NCBI GenBank assembly: GCA_040377305.1
Contig: JBEIPA010000014.1
Location: 32,001-96,000 of the forward strand
Source of the DNA: Flavobacteriales bacterium
Lineage (GTDB): Bacteria; Bacteroidota; Bacteroidia; Palsa-965
DNA length: 64,000 nt
Direction: 5' to 3'
Shown: positions 43,403-53,903 of the stretch, in pieces
Layout: each line of letters opens with the position of its first letter
Numbering within the stretch: position 1 is the first letter of the stretch
Notes under the pieces: model-generated
The model's database searches: none
What the model was told of the DNA's origin: nothing
Seen by the model: only the letters and a program-made list of their open reading frames with translations
Translations under genes and position numbers: made by a program

Positions 43403-43480
43403 TTTGAAATTTGAAGATTTGAAATTCTGATGGTGCTAGCTACGCCCAAGAATCAAATTTTCGAATCTCGAATCTTCGAA

Positions 43481-44050
43481 TTACCAGGAACCCGCACTAT
43501 CCTTCGGCGATAGTGTTACATCAACTTCAACATTCGCAGAGTCAGTCTCCGGAATCATCTTTCCTAAGTCGCTGTCCTGTAATCCCGGAATAACTTTCGG
43601 TGCAACAGTTGCAACAGGACGATACAGCAACGAGTTGTTTTTCATTCCCGCAGGAATTATGTTGATGCTCTTTTCGATTGCATCAATCACGAAAAAAATC
43701 ACGCTGAGAATGAGTACGAATTTGAATCCTCCGAAAGCTGCTCCCGCAATTTTGTTGATGATGCCAATGGAAGCTTTCTCCATCAGCTTCTCAATCAACT
43801 TCGCCACACCGAACACGAGCATGAGAATGCCAACGAAAATCAGCGCAAATGCAATCAGCGGAATGTATGGCGATTGAGAATCAAACCAATCGCTAATCCA
43901 GCCTGCGATAAGGTCTGAGAATTTCATTCCACCCCAAACGCCCAGGAAGAATGCAGCGAGTGTTCCCACTTCCATCACCACTCCTTTCATGAAGCCGCGC
44001 CAGAATCCCCAGAGAACAGGAATGATGATTAAGATATCAATGAAATTCAT
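43481..44050 (-). CDS. CvpA family membrane protein
   Basis: IDIL...GFWRGFMKG and NKIAGAAFG motifs. Confidence 0.88.
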   Translation of the reverse strand: MNFIDILIIIPVLWGFWRGFMKGVVMEVGTLAAFFLGVWGGMKFSDLIAGWISDWFDSQSPYIPLIAFALIFVGILMLVFGVAKLIEKLMEKASIGIINKIAGAAFGGFKFVLILSVIFFVIDAIEKSINIIPAGMKNNSLLYRPVATVAPKVIPGLQDSDLGKMIPETDSANVEVDVTLSPKDSAGSW

Positions 44051-44245
44051 ACTCAAAAGTAATGTGCTAACATGCTAATGGGATAATGTGCTAAAAGCAG
44101 TTGTGAATATCCATTGGTTGACAAGTCGGATAGTACTCCTTGAAGATTATGTCTTGCTTGATTTTTCGCGAACGTTTTTACGACGCAGCTAACCTGTACC
44201 TTTGGCTAGCACATTAACTTATTGGCACATTAGCATATTGTTCGA

Positions 44246-44590
44246 ATGCACATTGATGAACTCATCGCAAGTTGGAAAGCCCTGAAAGTCGCACTCAGAC
44301 CAAAGTTTGGTGACGATATCGACATGCAGGCTATTCTTTTTCTGATCGGCATGCAGGAGCTAGGTCAAGGACCGAAGAAACTTGAAAAGGCAGAGAAGGT
44401 GGATATCATGCATGTTGCAATTTGCACTTTACTCGAACCGCTAGGCTACTACATCTACAAAGGTCGCGACGAAGACAACTGGCCTCATTGGGAAAATACC
44501 GGAAAGATGCCACACATGACTTCCATGGAACAAAATCGTTTTATGCAGATCAGAATCATCGAGTATTTCCGTAGGCAGGGCCTCATCTAA
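44246..44590 (+). CDS. conserved Bacteroidota hypothetical protein
   Basis: ILFLIGMQELG...K.DIMHVAIC.LL...GYY...D.D.WPH. Confidence 0.78.
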   Translation: MHIDELIASWKALKVALRPKFGDDIDMQAILFLIGMQELGQGPKKLEKAEKVDIMHVAICTLLEPLGYYIYKGRDEDNWPHWENTGKMPHMTSMEQNRFMQIRIIEYFRRQGLI

Positions 44591-44712
44591 TGATCGGATG
44601 ATAGGATTATGTGATGATAGGATAGCGTGAGTCGAAATAAAAAATCCGGACTCATAGCCCGGACTTATATTTTTTCATCAGATGATTTTATCATCCAATC
44701 ATTCTATCATCA

Positions 44713-45039
44713 TTACATCTGCACCGTAACGTTATCCGTTTTGTCGTCCTCGAAGCGAGCTACACGACCTGTAGGATTTCCGTTTACGAAGATGTCGAGA
44801 ATCATTGGGAGATTCGTTTCGAAATTTACTGTTCCTGATCCATCAGTTGTTGCAGTGAGGGTTACATCACCACTCGTGCAATCTACCTGCGCACCAGCCA
44901 TTGGCGCTCCGCCAGGAGCAAGTACAGTGATAACAGCTTTGCAATTGATTTCCTTTGCGCAGCCGGTTGTGAATGTCGTAATCGACACCATCAGCACGAA
45001 AACAAAGAGTCCTGCGAATTTTACGACGAGTTTGTTCAT
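44713..45039 (-). CDS. small lipoprotein with carboxypeptidase-regulatory-like beta domain
   Basis: Lipobox TTGC and GAPMAGA.V...TDGSG motif. Confidence 0.65.
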   Translation of the reverse strand: MNKLVVKFAGLFVFVLMVSITTFTTGCAKEINCKAVITVLAPGGAPMAGAQVDCTSGDVTLTATTDGSGTVNFETNLPMILDIFVNGNPTGRVARFEDDKTDNVTVQM

Positions 45040-45144
45040 ATTTGTGTCCTGTTTGCCAGCCACAAGACGGCTTTTAAGCGGGTTTGCTGCAAAGTAGCCG
45101 AATAACTACTTTTACATTCTAACAAATATAACAAAGTTTTCAAC

Positions 45145-46005
45145 ATGCTTCGTAGGATTACTGCGCTCTTAGCGCTCCCGTTTATCTTCCTGTTATGCAC
45201 CTCTTTCATTGCGGCCGATAACAGGTCTAAAGTGTTGATCTCCACCGAGTTTGGTGACATTAAAATCGTCCTTTTTGACGAGACTCCTAAGCACCGGGAT
45301 AACTTCCTGAAGCTGGTAAAAAACGGCACTATCGACAGCACTCTTTTTCACCGGGTGATCAAATCTTTCATGATTCAGGGTGGTGATCCCGACTCGAAAA
45401 ATGCGAAAAAGGGCGCCATTCTCGGCAACGGAGAAGTTGGTTACACGATTCCTGCAGAGATTCATCCAAACTTATATCACAAACGCGGTGCACTCGCTGC
45501 TGCGCGTCAGTCCGATGACGTGAACCCAAACAAAGAATCTTCAGGTTGTCAGTTCTACATCGTTGAAGGAAGTGTGTGGACAGACAGCTCACTCGATGCA
45601 TTGGTTCAGCAGCGCTGGTACCAGCCTATCAAGCAAAAGATTTTTGATACGTACATCAACAAACCGGAGAACGCAGCAACTAAGTCTGCATTCGTTCGTG
45701 CACAAATTCGCGCGCAACAACTGCGGAACCACGATTCTCTAAACTATTGGGTCGGTGTTGTGAATCCTATTATCGAAGCAGAGTTTGAAAAAACGCCACA
45801 TCGCATTTTGACTGCAGATCAGCGCAAGATGTATACAACCTTTGGTGGTACTCCGTTTCTGGATGGATCTTACACCGTGTTTGGTGAAGTGGTATCAGGC
45901 ATGGATGCAGTTGATGTAATTGCTTCTCAACCAAAAGACAAAAATGATCGTCCGTTCCGCGATGTGAAGATGACGGTGAAATTGAATACTGGTAAGGCTA
46001 AGTAA
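45145..46005 (+). CDS. cyclophilin-type peptidyl-prolyl isomerase
   Basis: FHRVIKSFMIQGGD, QFYIV and YTVFGEV motifs. Confidence 0.93.
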   Translation: MLRRITALLALPFIFLLCTSFIAADNRSKVLISTEFGDIKIVLFDETPKHRDNFLKLVKNGTIDSTLFHRVIKSFMIQGGDPDSKNAKKGAILGNGEVGYTIPAEIHPNLYHKRGALAAARQSDDVNPNKESSGCQFYIVEGSVWTDSSLDALVQQRWYQPIKQKIFDTYINKPENAATKSAFVRAQIRAQQLRNHDSLNYWVGVVNPIIEAEFEKTPHRILTADQRKMYTTFGGTPFLDGSYTVFGEVVSGMDAVDVIASQPKDKNDRPFRDVKMTVKLNTGKAK

Positions 46006-46013
46006 AAAGACGG

Positions 46014-47021
46014 ATGCGCGATAGAATAGAAGAACTGTTCAAAGAAGTTGAGGAATTTTCAGCGAAGACGAAAGAACACGCTGAGGAATTCCGTCTGAAA
46101 TATCTTAGCCGCAAGGGAAAAATTTCTGAGCTCTTTGATGAATTCAAAAATGTTTCTCCCGAGCTTAAGAAGGATGTGGGGCAGATGCTCAACAAGCTCA
46201 AAGTAAAAGCTCAGGAAAAACTCGATGGTGCGAAAGGTGATGCTGATGAATCGTCTGCTTCAACGGGAGAAGATCTCACACGTCCTGTTGCTGAATGGAA
46301 AGGATCACGTCACCCGATTTCAATCGTACGAAAAAACATTCTTGATATTTTCACGCGTCTTGGATTCACCGTTGAGGAAGGTCCGGAGATCGAAGACGAC
46401 TGGCATAACTTCACGGCACTGAATTTCCCGGAAGAACATCCTGCACGTGATATGCAAGACACGTTCTTCATTGGAAATGAAATTGCATTGCGCACACACA
46501 CTTCAAGTGTACAGGTTCGCATTCTTGAAAAAACAAAACCGCCCGTGCGCATTATGATGCCGGGCAGAGTTTATCGCAACGAAGCTGTTTCTGCGCGCGC
46601 ACATTGTTTCTTCCACCAGGTAGAAGGATTGTATGTAGACAAAGGCGTTTCATTCGCAGATCTGAAGCAAACACTTTTGTATTTCGCTCAGGAGATGTTC
46701 GGATCGGAAACTAAAATTCGTTTGCGTCCCTCCTACTTTCCGTTTACAGAGCCGAGTGCTGAGATGGATATCTCGTGCACAATCTGTCACGGAAAAGGAT
46801 GCAACGTTTGCAAACACTCCGGCTGGGTTGAAATTCTCGGTTGCGGAATGGTTGATCCGGCTGTACTTACGAACTGCAAAATCGATCCGGAAGTTTATTC
46901 GGGATTTGCATTCGGAATGGGCATCGAGCGTATCACTATGCTGAAGTACGGCGTGAATGATTTGCGTTTGTTCTCGGAGAACGACGTACGTTTCCTCGCT
47001 CAGTTCGAATCAGAAATCTAG
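46014..47021 (+). CDS. pheS: phenylalanine--tRNA ligase alpha subunit
   Basis: HPARDMQDTF, RTHTS, FPFTEPS and GFAFGMGIER motifs. Confidence 0.97.
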   Translation: MRDRIEELFKEVEEFSAKTKEHAEEFRLKYLSRKGKISELFDEFKNVSPELKKDVGQMLNKLKVKAQEKLDGAKGDADESSASTGEDLTRPVAEWKGSRHPISIVRKNILDIFTRLGFTVEEGPEIEDDWHNFTALNFPEEHPARDMQDTFFIGNEIALRTHTSSVQVRILEKTKPPVRIMMPGRVYRNEAVSARAHCFFHQVEGLYVDKGVSFADLKQTLLYFAQEMFGSETKIRLRPSYFPFTEPSAEMDISCTICHGKGCNVCKHSGWVEILGCGMVDPAVLTNCKIDPEVYSGFAFGMGIERITMLKYGVNDLRLFSENDVRFLAQFESEI

Positions 47022-47072
47022 ATCGAGGCTGTTTTCTGCTACAAAGCTCACTAAGTTCACTAAGCTAAAATC

Positions 47073-47390
47073 ATGACTGTTTCGCGGCTTGATCAATTGC
47101 AGCAAATGTTGACCGAAGAACCAGGCGATTCTTTTCTACAATACGCTGTAGCAGTAGAATATGCAGTCGCTGGAAATATTTCAGAAGCCATCTCAAGAAT
47201 AGAAACGTTGATCGCCGACAAGCCGGATTATCTCGGTGCTTACTACAAACTCGGACAACTTCACGAACAAGTCGGTGCTACTGAAAAAGCCATTGATGTT
47301 TACCGCAGAGGTGCGGAAGTTGCGAAGAAGCAGAATAATGTTAAGACGTTGGGTGAGTTGAATACGGCGATTCTGTTGCTCGAAGATTGA
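47073..47390 (+). CDS. TPR protein
   Basis: P.DSFLQYA.A.EY and YYKLG TPR pattern. Confidence 0.8.
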   Translation: MTVSRLDQLQQMLTEEPGDSFLQYAVAVEYAVAGNISEAISRIETLIADKPDYLGAYYKLGQLHEQVGATEKAIDVYRRGAEVAKKQNNVKTLGELNTAILLLED

Positions 47391-47398
47391 CTACGGAC

Positions 47399-48016
47399 GA
47401 TGTGCAGATTTGCAAATGTGAAGATGTGCAAATGCGAAACTCAGATTGTAACAATCAAAGCTGCGGCTCTAAGGTTCCCATCGTGACCACCGAATCAAGA
47501 ATCAAGAGTTCGGTGTCAAACTTTTCCGTCTGCCTCAAGCGCATCATGTAATCCGCTAGCGAATCGTACGCAACATTTACAAAACTTGAGTCGCGTAGAA
47601 TAAATCTAAATGAATAATACGCAGGCGGTTCGGAACCTTCAAAACATGAATCGAGGGAAACTTTAGAAAACATTCCGGGATTAGGATTTCTCAGCTCCCG
47701 AGAATAACCCTTCGCCATGATTGTTTGTCCATCAATCTCCATCCATTCTATCAATTCACCATTCTCAAAAATATATTCTCCGCGATGCCGTGCACCAGTG
47801 TGCCTGATGATCGTAAATTCACCTTCCATTAGTTCTCCCTGGTAATAGCACTTGCCATTCTTCGTCGCAATTTCATTAGACCCAATATCTTTCGGGCCAC
47901 ACGAACAACAGCACACGCACAGGAGACAAATAAAAATGAAGGTGCCTGTATTACACATTTTTTGAGAGAAAATAAATTCAGCATCTGCACATTTGCAAAT
48001 CTGCACATCTGCACAT
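47399..48016. repeat. inverted 8-nt tandem arrays (ATGTGCAG-type) flanking an orphan gene
   Basis: 47399-47436 and 47981-48016 are near-perfect reverse complements. Confidence 0.7.
47455..47958 (-). CDS. hypothetical lipoprotein
   Basis: Hydrophobic Cys-rich N-terminus; the upstream ORF extension is repeat-derived. Confidence 0.55.
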   Translation of the reverse strand: MCNTGTFIFICLLCVCCCSCGPKDIGSNEIATKNGKCYYQGELMEGEFTIIRHTGARHRGEYIFENGELIEWMEIDGQTIMAKGYSRELRNPNPGMFSKVSLDSCFEGSEPPAYYSFRFILRDSSFVNVAYDSLADYMMRLRQTEKFDTELLILDSVVTMGTLEPQL

Positions 48017-48021
48017 ATACC

Positions 48022-49467
48022 CTACTCGACTTGTGTCAGCTTAATCATGTTCGTCTTCCCTTTCTCGCTGATCGGAATACTCGCGATGTTAACCAGGAAA
48101 TCGTCTTTCATGATGTGTCCTGCCTTTTTCAGGATGAACTTGATGTCGGCGATCGTATGATCAGTGCTGATGTCGCGATCGTAGTATAGGCCACGTACGC
48201 CCCACACGAGAGAAAGTTGTGTAAGAATTCTATAGTTATCCGTGAAGACAAAAATGTTTGCTTTCGGACGATACGATGAAACTTTAAAGGCCGTGTATCC
48301 CGAATGCGTCATGGTAACGATTGCAACTGCATCGACTTGTTTTGCGAGTTGTGTAGCGCCAAAACAAATGTGATCGGAAAGATAACGCTGCGGATCAGAA
48401 ATTTCGCTGCTGATTTCGGAATAGTACAAATCACTTTCTTCTTCTACCTGCGCAATAATTTTCGACATTGCTCCCACAACTTTGTGCGGATGACGTCCGA
48501 CAGAAGTTTCTCCGCTCAGCATTACTGCATCTGCACCTTCCATTACCGAATTAGCAACGTCGCTTACTTCAGCACGTGAAGGAGAAATGTTCGTGATCAT
48601 GCTTTCCATCATTTGCGTAGCAATGATTACGGGAATTGCAGCACGGCGACATTTACGCACGAGCATTTTCTGAATAACAGGAACGCGCTGCATCGGAACC
48701 TCAACACCGAGATCGCCACGCGCAACCATGATAGCATCCGTTTGTGCGAGAATTGCATCAATGTCCATCACCGCTTCCGGCTTTTCAATCTTCGCAATAA
48801 CTTTCGCTTTGCATCCCGGATCAAGAGTCTGGATGATTGATTTTAATTCGATGATGTCGGTAGAATTTCGCACAAACGACAATCCGATCCAATCGAAATT
48901 GTGTTTCAAAGCGAACTCAAGATCTTTCAGATCCTTTTCGGTAAGACAAGGCAAAGAGATTTTCGTATTCGGAAGGTTCACTCCCTTTTTCGAAGAGAGA
49001 ATTCCTCCGTGCAGAATTGTGGCCACGACTTCATTTACTCCGTTCGTACTGTCGACGTTCAGTACCAGTTTCCCATCGTCGACCAGAATATTTTCACCGG
49101 CTTGTACATCCTTCGGAAACTGCGGATAGGTGATGAATACTTTCGAAGCATTCCCGATCATTTTCTCTGTGGTGAAAATGATCTTCGCACCCTCTACGAG
49201 TTCTACACCATTGTTCTCCACTTCACCAATACGCAATTTCGGACCCTGCAAATCGCCAAGAATTCCGACGTGAGAGCCGAGCTTACGATTCACTGCGTAA
49301 ATATTATTGAGCTGTGCTTCCACCGCAGAATAATCTCCGTGAGAAAAATTGATTCTGAAAATATCAGCGCCTGCCTTTACCATTTCCTCCAGCATCTCGG
49401 GTGAAGAAGATGCGGGGCCCAGCGTTGCAACAATTTTCGTGCGGTTGAATTGTAAACGTTCACTCAT
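48022..49467 (-). CDS. pyk: pyruvate kinase
   Basis: TKIVATLGP, RINFSHG, MVARGDLGVE and MLSGETS motifs. Confidence 0.97.
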   Translation of the reverse strand: MSERLQFNRTKIVATLGPASSSPEMLEEMVKAGADIFRINFSHGDYSAVEAQLNNIYAVNRKLGSHVGILGDLQGPKLRIGEVENNGVELVEGAKIIFTTEKMIGNASKVFITYPQFPKDVQAGENILVDDGKLVLNVDSTNGVNEVVATILHGGILSSKKGVNLPNTKISLPCLTEKDLKDLEFALKHNFDWIGLSFVRNSTDIIELKSIIQTLDPGCKAKVIAKIEKPEAVMDIDAILAQTDAIMVARGDLGVEVPMQRVPVIQKMLVRKCRRAAIPVIIATQMMESMITNISPSRAEVSDVANSVMEGADAVMLSGETSVGRHPHKVVGAMSKIIAQVEEESDLYYSEISSEISDPQRYLSDHICFGATQLAKQVDAVAIVTMTHSGYTAFKVSSYRPKANIFVFTDNYRILTQLSLVWGVRGLYYDRDISTDHTIADIKFILKKAGHIMKDDFLVNIASIPISEKGKTNMIKLTQVE

Positions 49468-49471
49468 GTCT

Positions 49472-49897
49472 TTAGAAAATCAGATTTTGTTTAGACTTCA
49501 GCACCTGAGGGTCGATGCGGTAAGCCATTAATATAAACGGAACTCCGCGCATACCGGCAATCATTTGCTGTTCATCTTCCTGCGTGAACGGCCCTTGTGC
49601 GAGGAGAAAATAATCGGCTTGATGTTGTTCAGGCACTAGCAAGCCATGTGTGCCTTTATTGCTGAGCAAAGTGTAGGTTGCTTCGAAATCGGGGTGATCC
49701 CAGGAGTACTGCGTAAAATCGGAAGTAGGTTCGCCCTTCTTCAATGCAAGACTGTACGGTTCTGTTTTCGCCAAATCAATTTCAAGTGATGTATTCAATC
49801 CCCATGCAACACGGTGTGATTTTTCGTGAGATGATATTCCTACGAGAATAAAATCATACTCGTATTCTACTTCCAGCTTATGGCGTTGGATGGGCAT
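49472..49897 (-). CDS. IPExxxVDY family protein
   Basis: LVPEQHQADY motif, C-terminal LKSKQNLIF, position upstream of pyk. Confidence 0.82.
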   Translation of the reverse strand: MPIQRHKLEVEYEYDFILVGISSHEKSHRVAWGLNTSLEIDLAKTEPYSLALKKGEPTSDFTQYSWDHPDFEATYTLLSNKGTHGLLVPEQHQADYFLLAQGPFTQEDEQQMIAGMRGVPFILMAYRIDPQVLKSKQNLIF

Positions 49898-49976
49898 TCC
49901 GGTAAAGTTAGTCATTGCCTGTGTTCTGCAAGTTATGATTACCTGCTGTTACCAACAACCCCTTGTGAACCGTTTT

Positions 49977-50123
49977 AAACACATAGCATCATAGTCCTTT
50001 GTTTTCTTGCCGGGCGAAAGGAATTCATAGCTCACAAGAGAATATCGCTAAGCGATATTTCTCCTGTGTTCTATGATCGCGGTGCACATTAGCACCTAAC
50101 GAAACCTATGATACTATGTGGTT
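49977..50123. repeat. dispersed element with terminal inverted repeats, copy 2
   Basis: aaacacatagcatcatag ... cctatgatactatgtggtt; same ends as 1938-2152. Confidence 0.6.
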
Positions 50124-50682
50124 AGAGTTCCGTTCGAAGTCCCGAAGCAACCGCAATGACAACAGGAATTCCGGGAAGAATATTGGTTGACCAGTCGAGC
50201 GTTTCCGTAATCGGATAGTTGTATTCAATCTCCCCACCGTGCCACACAAATTTTTTCTGCCATTTTCCGGAAGGTGAAAGCTTGAAGTAGCCATCGTCTT
50301 CGTATCCTGAAATATTGAACCACGAACGTCGATAATACCAGAATGGCCCGAGCCCGGCGCTTATGTCGCCCGCATCGCCCATGTCAATTGTGCCGCGTAA
50401 ATTAATCATCGTCATTCCGGCAAATTTTCCTGCACAGTCGCGAAAACCCGATTGGCTGGCTTTCACAGAAAAGAAGCTGTTGATTTTGTATTCACAGGTT
50501 ACTGCCAATCCAAAGTGAAATGCAACCCGATTCTTCTTTCCGATCGCAGTTTTGTAGAGATGGCCGTTGAAATTGTTGTCGGTGTGAATAGAAACTCCCA
50601 TGAATTTGACGCCGACGTACCACTGCGCGTAATTCTGCAAAGCGAATAAAAGAAAGGCAAACAGGAGTATCGTTCGCTTCAT
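50122..50682 (-). CDS. secreted / outer-membrane beta-rich hypothetical protein
   Basis: Signal peptide and alternating beta pattern. Confidence 0.7.
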   Translation of the reverse strand: MKRTILLFAFLLFALQNYAQWYVGVKFMGVSIHTDNNFNGHLYKTAIGKKNRVAFHFGLAVTCEYKINSFFSVKASQSGFRDCAGKFAGMTMINLRGTIDMGDAGDISAGLGPFWYYRRSWFNISGYEDDGYFKLSPSGKWQKKFVWHGGEIEYNYPITETLDWSTNILPGIPVVIAVASGLRTEL

Positions 50683-50737
50683 AAGCTTGCTGTAAATCTA
50701 CACGTAAATGTTCTATTTTCGTTGCAAGAACTCTGCC

Positions 50738-51976
50738 ATGAAGAACATTCTCCTGTTGTTTGCATTTGTAATCGGTTTCGCATCGTGCGGAACGAAAGAA
50801 GATCCGTTCACCCGAGAACAAAAAGAAATTGATGAATATCTTTCTTCCGATGGACTGAATGTTTACAAAGCATTCAAGGTTTCTATTCGCGGCACGAAAG
50901 CGGCAGGACAAGATCCGGAATTCGATAAAGCACGTGCACAGTTGTTTCTGCTAACCGGATATCTGCTGCAACAGGCGACAGACACCACGCACGAAGTAGA
51001 TGCGTTTGAAGTTTACGAAACTGTTACCGAAGCAAAACCTGCAATCGATGAACTAATCAAGAAAGACGAAGACAGTCTTCCAACGGTGATGGAAAATATT
51101 TCATTCGTGGTAGGGCCAACAAGCGGGGAAGATCCGTTGGCCGGTATGTTTACAGAGAGTGAAGAACATCTTATCCTAAGCGGACTTTGGTTTGCTGGTG
51201 CACATGCACATCCGGACCTTGCGCTGTACGAATTGAATCGCGTGCAATCTGCAGACATTCGCGATCCTCAATTCAAGTGTCTTGCTGAAATGACGCGTTC
51301 ACTATTGTATCTCACGAACAACTGGCCGTATCATGCTGAGAAAAGTGCGGATGATTTTCTCGCAGTTACTGAATCAGAAAAAGCGGCACTGATTGCGAGT
51401 CCATGGCCGATGGTCGATGCAAACGGTAACGAAGTGACACCGGAACAATCATGGCATCAGTTACGTGCGATCGGATATGTATTGCGCGGTGTTGCCCGTG
51501 AGAAATGCGAAGAGGATGAAAAGAAAGAACAGGGTATTGAAGATTTTGAAACCTTCATAACGGAAGCAGAAGCCGGCGGACTAGATCACAAAGTTGTGGA
51601 TCTGGTAGGTTTGCTGGTTGCACTGGAGAAAAAAGATGCCGACAGGGCGAACAGCTACATTGTGAAACTCGAAGCACGTCCTGATCTGACTCAGGAAGAA
51701 AAAGATCTGATTGCGGAAATCAAACCACTCGTTGCAGAAATGAAAGCGGAAGAAGCAAAGGATGCAATTGGTGAGAACAATTTACTCCCCTCTTTCGCGA
51801 CCAACCTGTTTGCAGAACAGTTCATGAATCTACAGGTTGTGAAAGATCTGAAAGCATCGGAAGGCGGAAAGAAATTCATTGGCATAACCGAAATCAAAGC
51901 TCAAGAGCTGATTCCGACCGATGCCATCGACAGCCTCAAAAAGGATGCTGAAGGATTGTTTGAGAAAGTTCTCTAG
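50738..51976 (+). CDS. helical lipoprotein, hypothetical
   Basis: Lipobox FASC. Confidence 0.72.
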   Translation: MKNILLLFAFVIGFASCGTKEDPFTREQKEIDEYLSSDGLNVYKAFKVSIRGTKAAGQDPEFDKARAQLFLLTGYLLQQATDTTHEVDAFEVYETVTEAKPAIDELIKKDEDSLPTVMENISFVVGPTSGEDPLAGMFTESEEHLILSGLWFAGAHAHPDLALYELNRVQSADIRDPQFKCLAEMTRSLLYLTNNWPYHAEKSADDFLAVTESEKAALIASPWPMVDANGNEVTPEQSWHQLRAIGYVLRGVAREKCEEDEKKEQGIEDFETFITEAEAGGLDHKVVDLVGLLVALEKKDADRANSYIVKLEARPDLTQEEKDLIAEIKPLVAEMKAEEAKDAIGENNLLPSFATNLFAEQFMNLQVVKDLKASEGGKKFIGITEIKAQELIPTDAIDSLKKDAEGLFEKVL

Positions 51977-52299
51977 TACGGATTCTTCATCGTTTCGCCC
52001 GCAACAGATCCGTTCTGATCAATGCACTGACCCTCTTTCAATGAAAAGCGTACGCCGTCTTTAGAGATGACCGTACCATCGGGTTTGATTGTGCTTCCGT
52101 TTTTCAGGAATACATCTCCCGTGATTTCTTTCCCGTCGAAAAGGACAACCATTTTTCCGTCTCGCATTCTCGCACAATATTGTCCTGGCTCGTCTGCAGA
52201 GAACTCGGTTTTAACAACTCGAGTATTCGCATCGTATGCGTAAGCCGCACCTGTTGAAAGCATTGCTCCTAATGACCAAATGAATAATCGATTTTTCAT
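51973..52299 (-). CDS. small secreted DUF6799-like protein
   Basis: M.DGKM...L.NG..I.PDG.V..KDG....L.EG.CI...G pattern. Confidence 0.7.
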   Translation of the reverse strand: MKNRLFIWSLGAMLSTGAAYAYDANTRVVKTEFSADEPGQYCARMRDGKMVVLFDGKEITGDVFLKNGSTIKPDGTVISKDGVRFSLKEGQCIDQNGSVAGETMKNPY

Positions 52300-52425
52300 G
52301 ACCGTTTTGCTTTAGTTTGTACTTGTAATGGTCGCAAAATCGTGCCGTAAGAAAAAGGAGGGAAAACGTTCGGTAACAAGGGGTTTTTCGCTTCCTGTCG
52401 TGCAGGAGTGTTGACCTTACTCCAC

Positions 52426-52462
52426 AAAAAAAGCGTCCCGTCAGTTTAAATTGCCGGGACGC
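52426..52462 (-). terminator. intrinsic terminator
   Basis: gcgtcccg/cgggacgc stem plus U7 on the minus strand. Confidence 0.7.
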
Positions 52463-52485
52463 CTTAATTGTAATTATCGTGAAGA

Positions 52486-53055
52486 CTATTCGTAAGGCTC
52501 TTCGAAGTAAATCAGGATGTAACCTGCTTCGCTGTCGATCATGCGCTGAGTAGTAACTTCTGTTTTTTGTCCGCCGATTTCAGCAGTCCAGAGGTACTCT
52601 TCCCAATCTTTGTCATCAGTGCGTTTACCTTTGCCATATTTCGCATCGAAATTTGCAACGATGTCTTTGTACAGCTCTTCACCTGATTGTGCGTCAGGCA
52701 TAGTGATGTCCAAATGCACTTTCCAGACCTTCTTTGTGTCTGAATCATAAGCGTACTCGAGCATATACTCGTGATCGTACTCTTCAGTTCCCAGCTTGTA
52801 TAGGTAAGTGAGGTAACCGTCTTCGTCGCTGTCAGCAACTTCACTTCCGTGTTTTTTGCGGACATCATCGATAGACATACCTATAACAGCGCCATTCTCA
52901 AGAATAGTTGTGTTGCTGAAATGTAGTTTAGCGAAATCTGCAGATTTAGCTGCTGGAACTGTTACCGTGCTCTCTTCAGCATCTCCGGTTTTTTCGCCGC
53001 TTCCGCCGCATGCGATCAATGCGCAAAGTGGAAGTGCAAGTAGTAGATTTTTCAT
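52486..53055 (-). CDS. putative lipoprotein
   Basis: Lipobox LIAC; resembles 18114-18707. Confidence 0.72.
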   Translation of the reverse strand: MKNLLLALPLCALIACGGSGEKTGDAEESTVTVPAAKSADFAKLHFSNTTILENGAVIGMSIDDVRKKHGSEVADSDEDGYLTYLYKLGTEEYDHEYMLEYAYDSDTKKVWKVHLDITMPDAQSGEELYKDIVANFDAKYGKGKRTDDKDWEEYLWTAEIGGQKTEVTTQRMIDSEAGYILIYFEEPYE

Positions 53056-53363
53056 TTTCGGTTTTGATTTTGCTGCAAATGTACGAGCCACCACGACATA
53101 CGCCAATATTTATTCATAAATGGGTTCGCTTGATTGACCGTTACTGCTGCACATTTAACAAATGAAATTGCCAATTCGCCCATTTTGAAAGACTTGGGGT
53201 GAATCCAGATAACCGTAGTCCCAAAGGCTGGCACCTTGTATTCATGTTTATTCCGCTGATTTCAAAAGGAACCGGGCTGATGATTCCTTTAATCTCGCTG
53301 CATGCGGGTGGATTGTTCAGCATTTCCTGGGATTTCAATCTGAGGTTTTATCCAGTGATCGTC

Positions 53364-53882
53364 CTATTCAAGTTTCTCGATGCGCGCTACTTTGAAAATA
53401 TAAAGCATGCGGTCATCCCACACTTTTCCGGTTACACGCACCTTATCACCATGAACGATTTCGTTCCCACTATTGTCGTAAATCAATAGATCCTTGTCTT
53501 CGTAATCTTCCGGAATGGGTGCCATGGTGTTTTCGCAATCGCCTTCCCAAATCATCATGGTTACGTAGTCTCCTTCCATTGTTGAATCCTGTTTAAGATT
53601 CACGAGATACGTTCCGCTGTTCAGGTAAGTCATATTAGGCATTTCCGCATAACCTTCGAAGGTTACAAGTTCTTCCTTCGCAGGATAATTTGCGGCCGTA
53701 TCCCATTCGAGTGGCGTGCCGTGTGCAACCTTTGCAGGGCCTCCAGGACAAACTTCTTCTTCAGGCGTCTTGTGTACAGCAGGTTTGTCGTTGCAGTTTG
53801 CCCAGATTAAACCCGTTGTAATTCCACCAACAACGATCAATGCCATGATAAATCGGACGATAGCTTGTGCTTTGCTTTCCAT
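53364..53882 (-). CDS. membrane-anchored hypothetical protein (OB-fold-like C-terminus)
   Basis: N-terminal TM helix and GDKVRVTGKV motif. Confidence 0.65.
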   Translation of the reverse strand: MESKAQAIVRFIMALIVVGGITTGLIWANCNDKPAVHKTPEEEVCPGGPAKVAHGTPLEWDTAANYPAKEELVTFEGYAEMPNMTYLNSGTYLVNLKQDSTMEGDYVTMMIWEGDCENTMAPIPEDYEDKDLLIYDNSGNEIVHGDKVRVTGKVWDDRMLYIFKVARIEKLE

Positions 53883-53903
53883 ATTCCAGATATTTAGTTT
53901 GTT

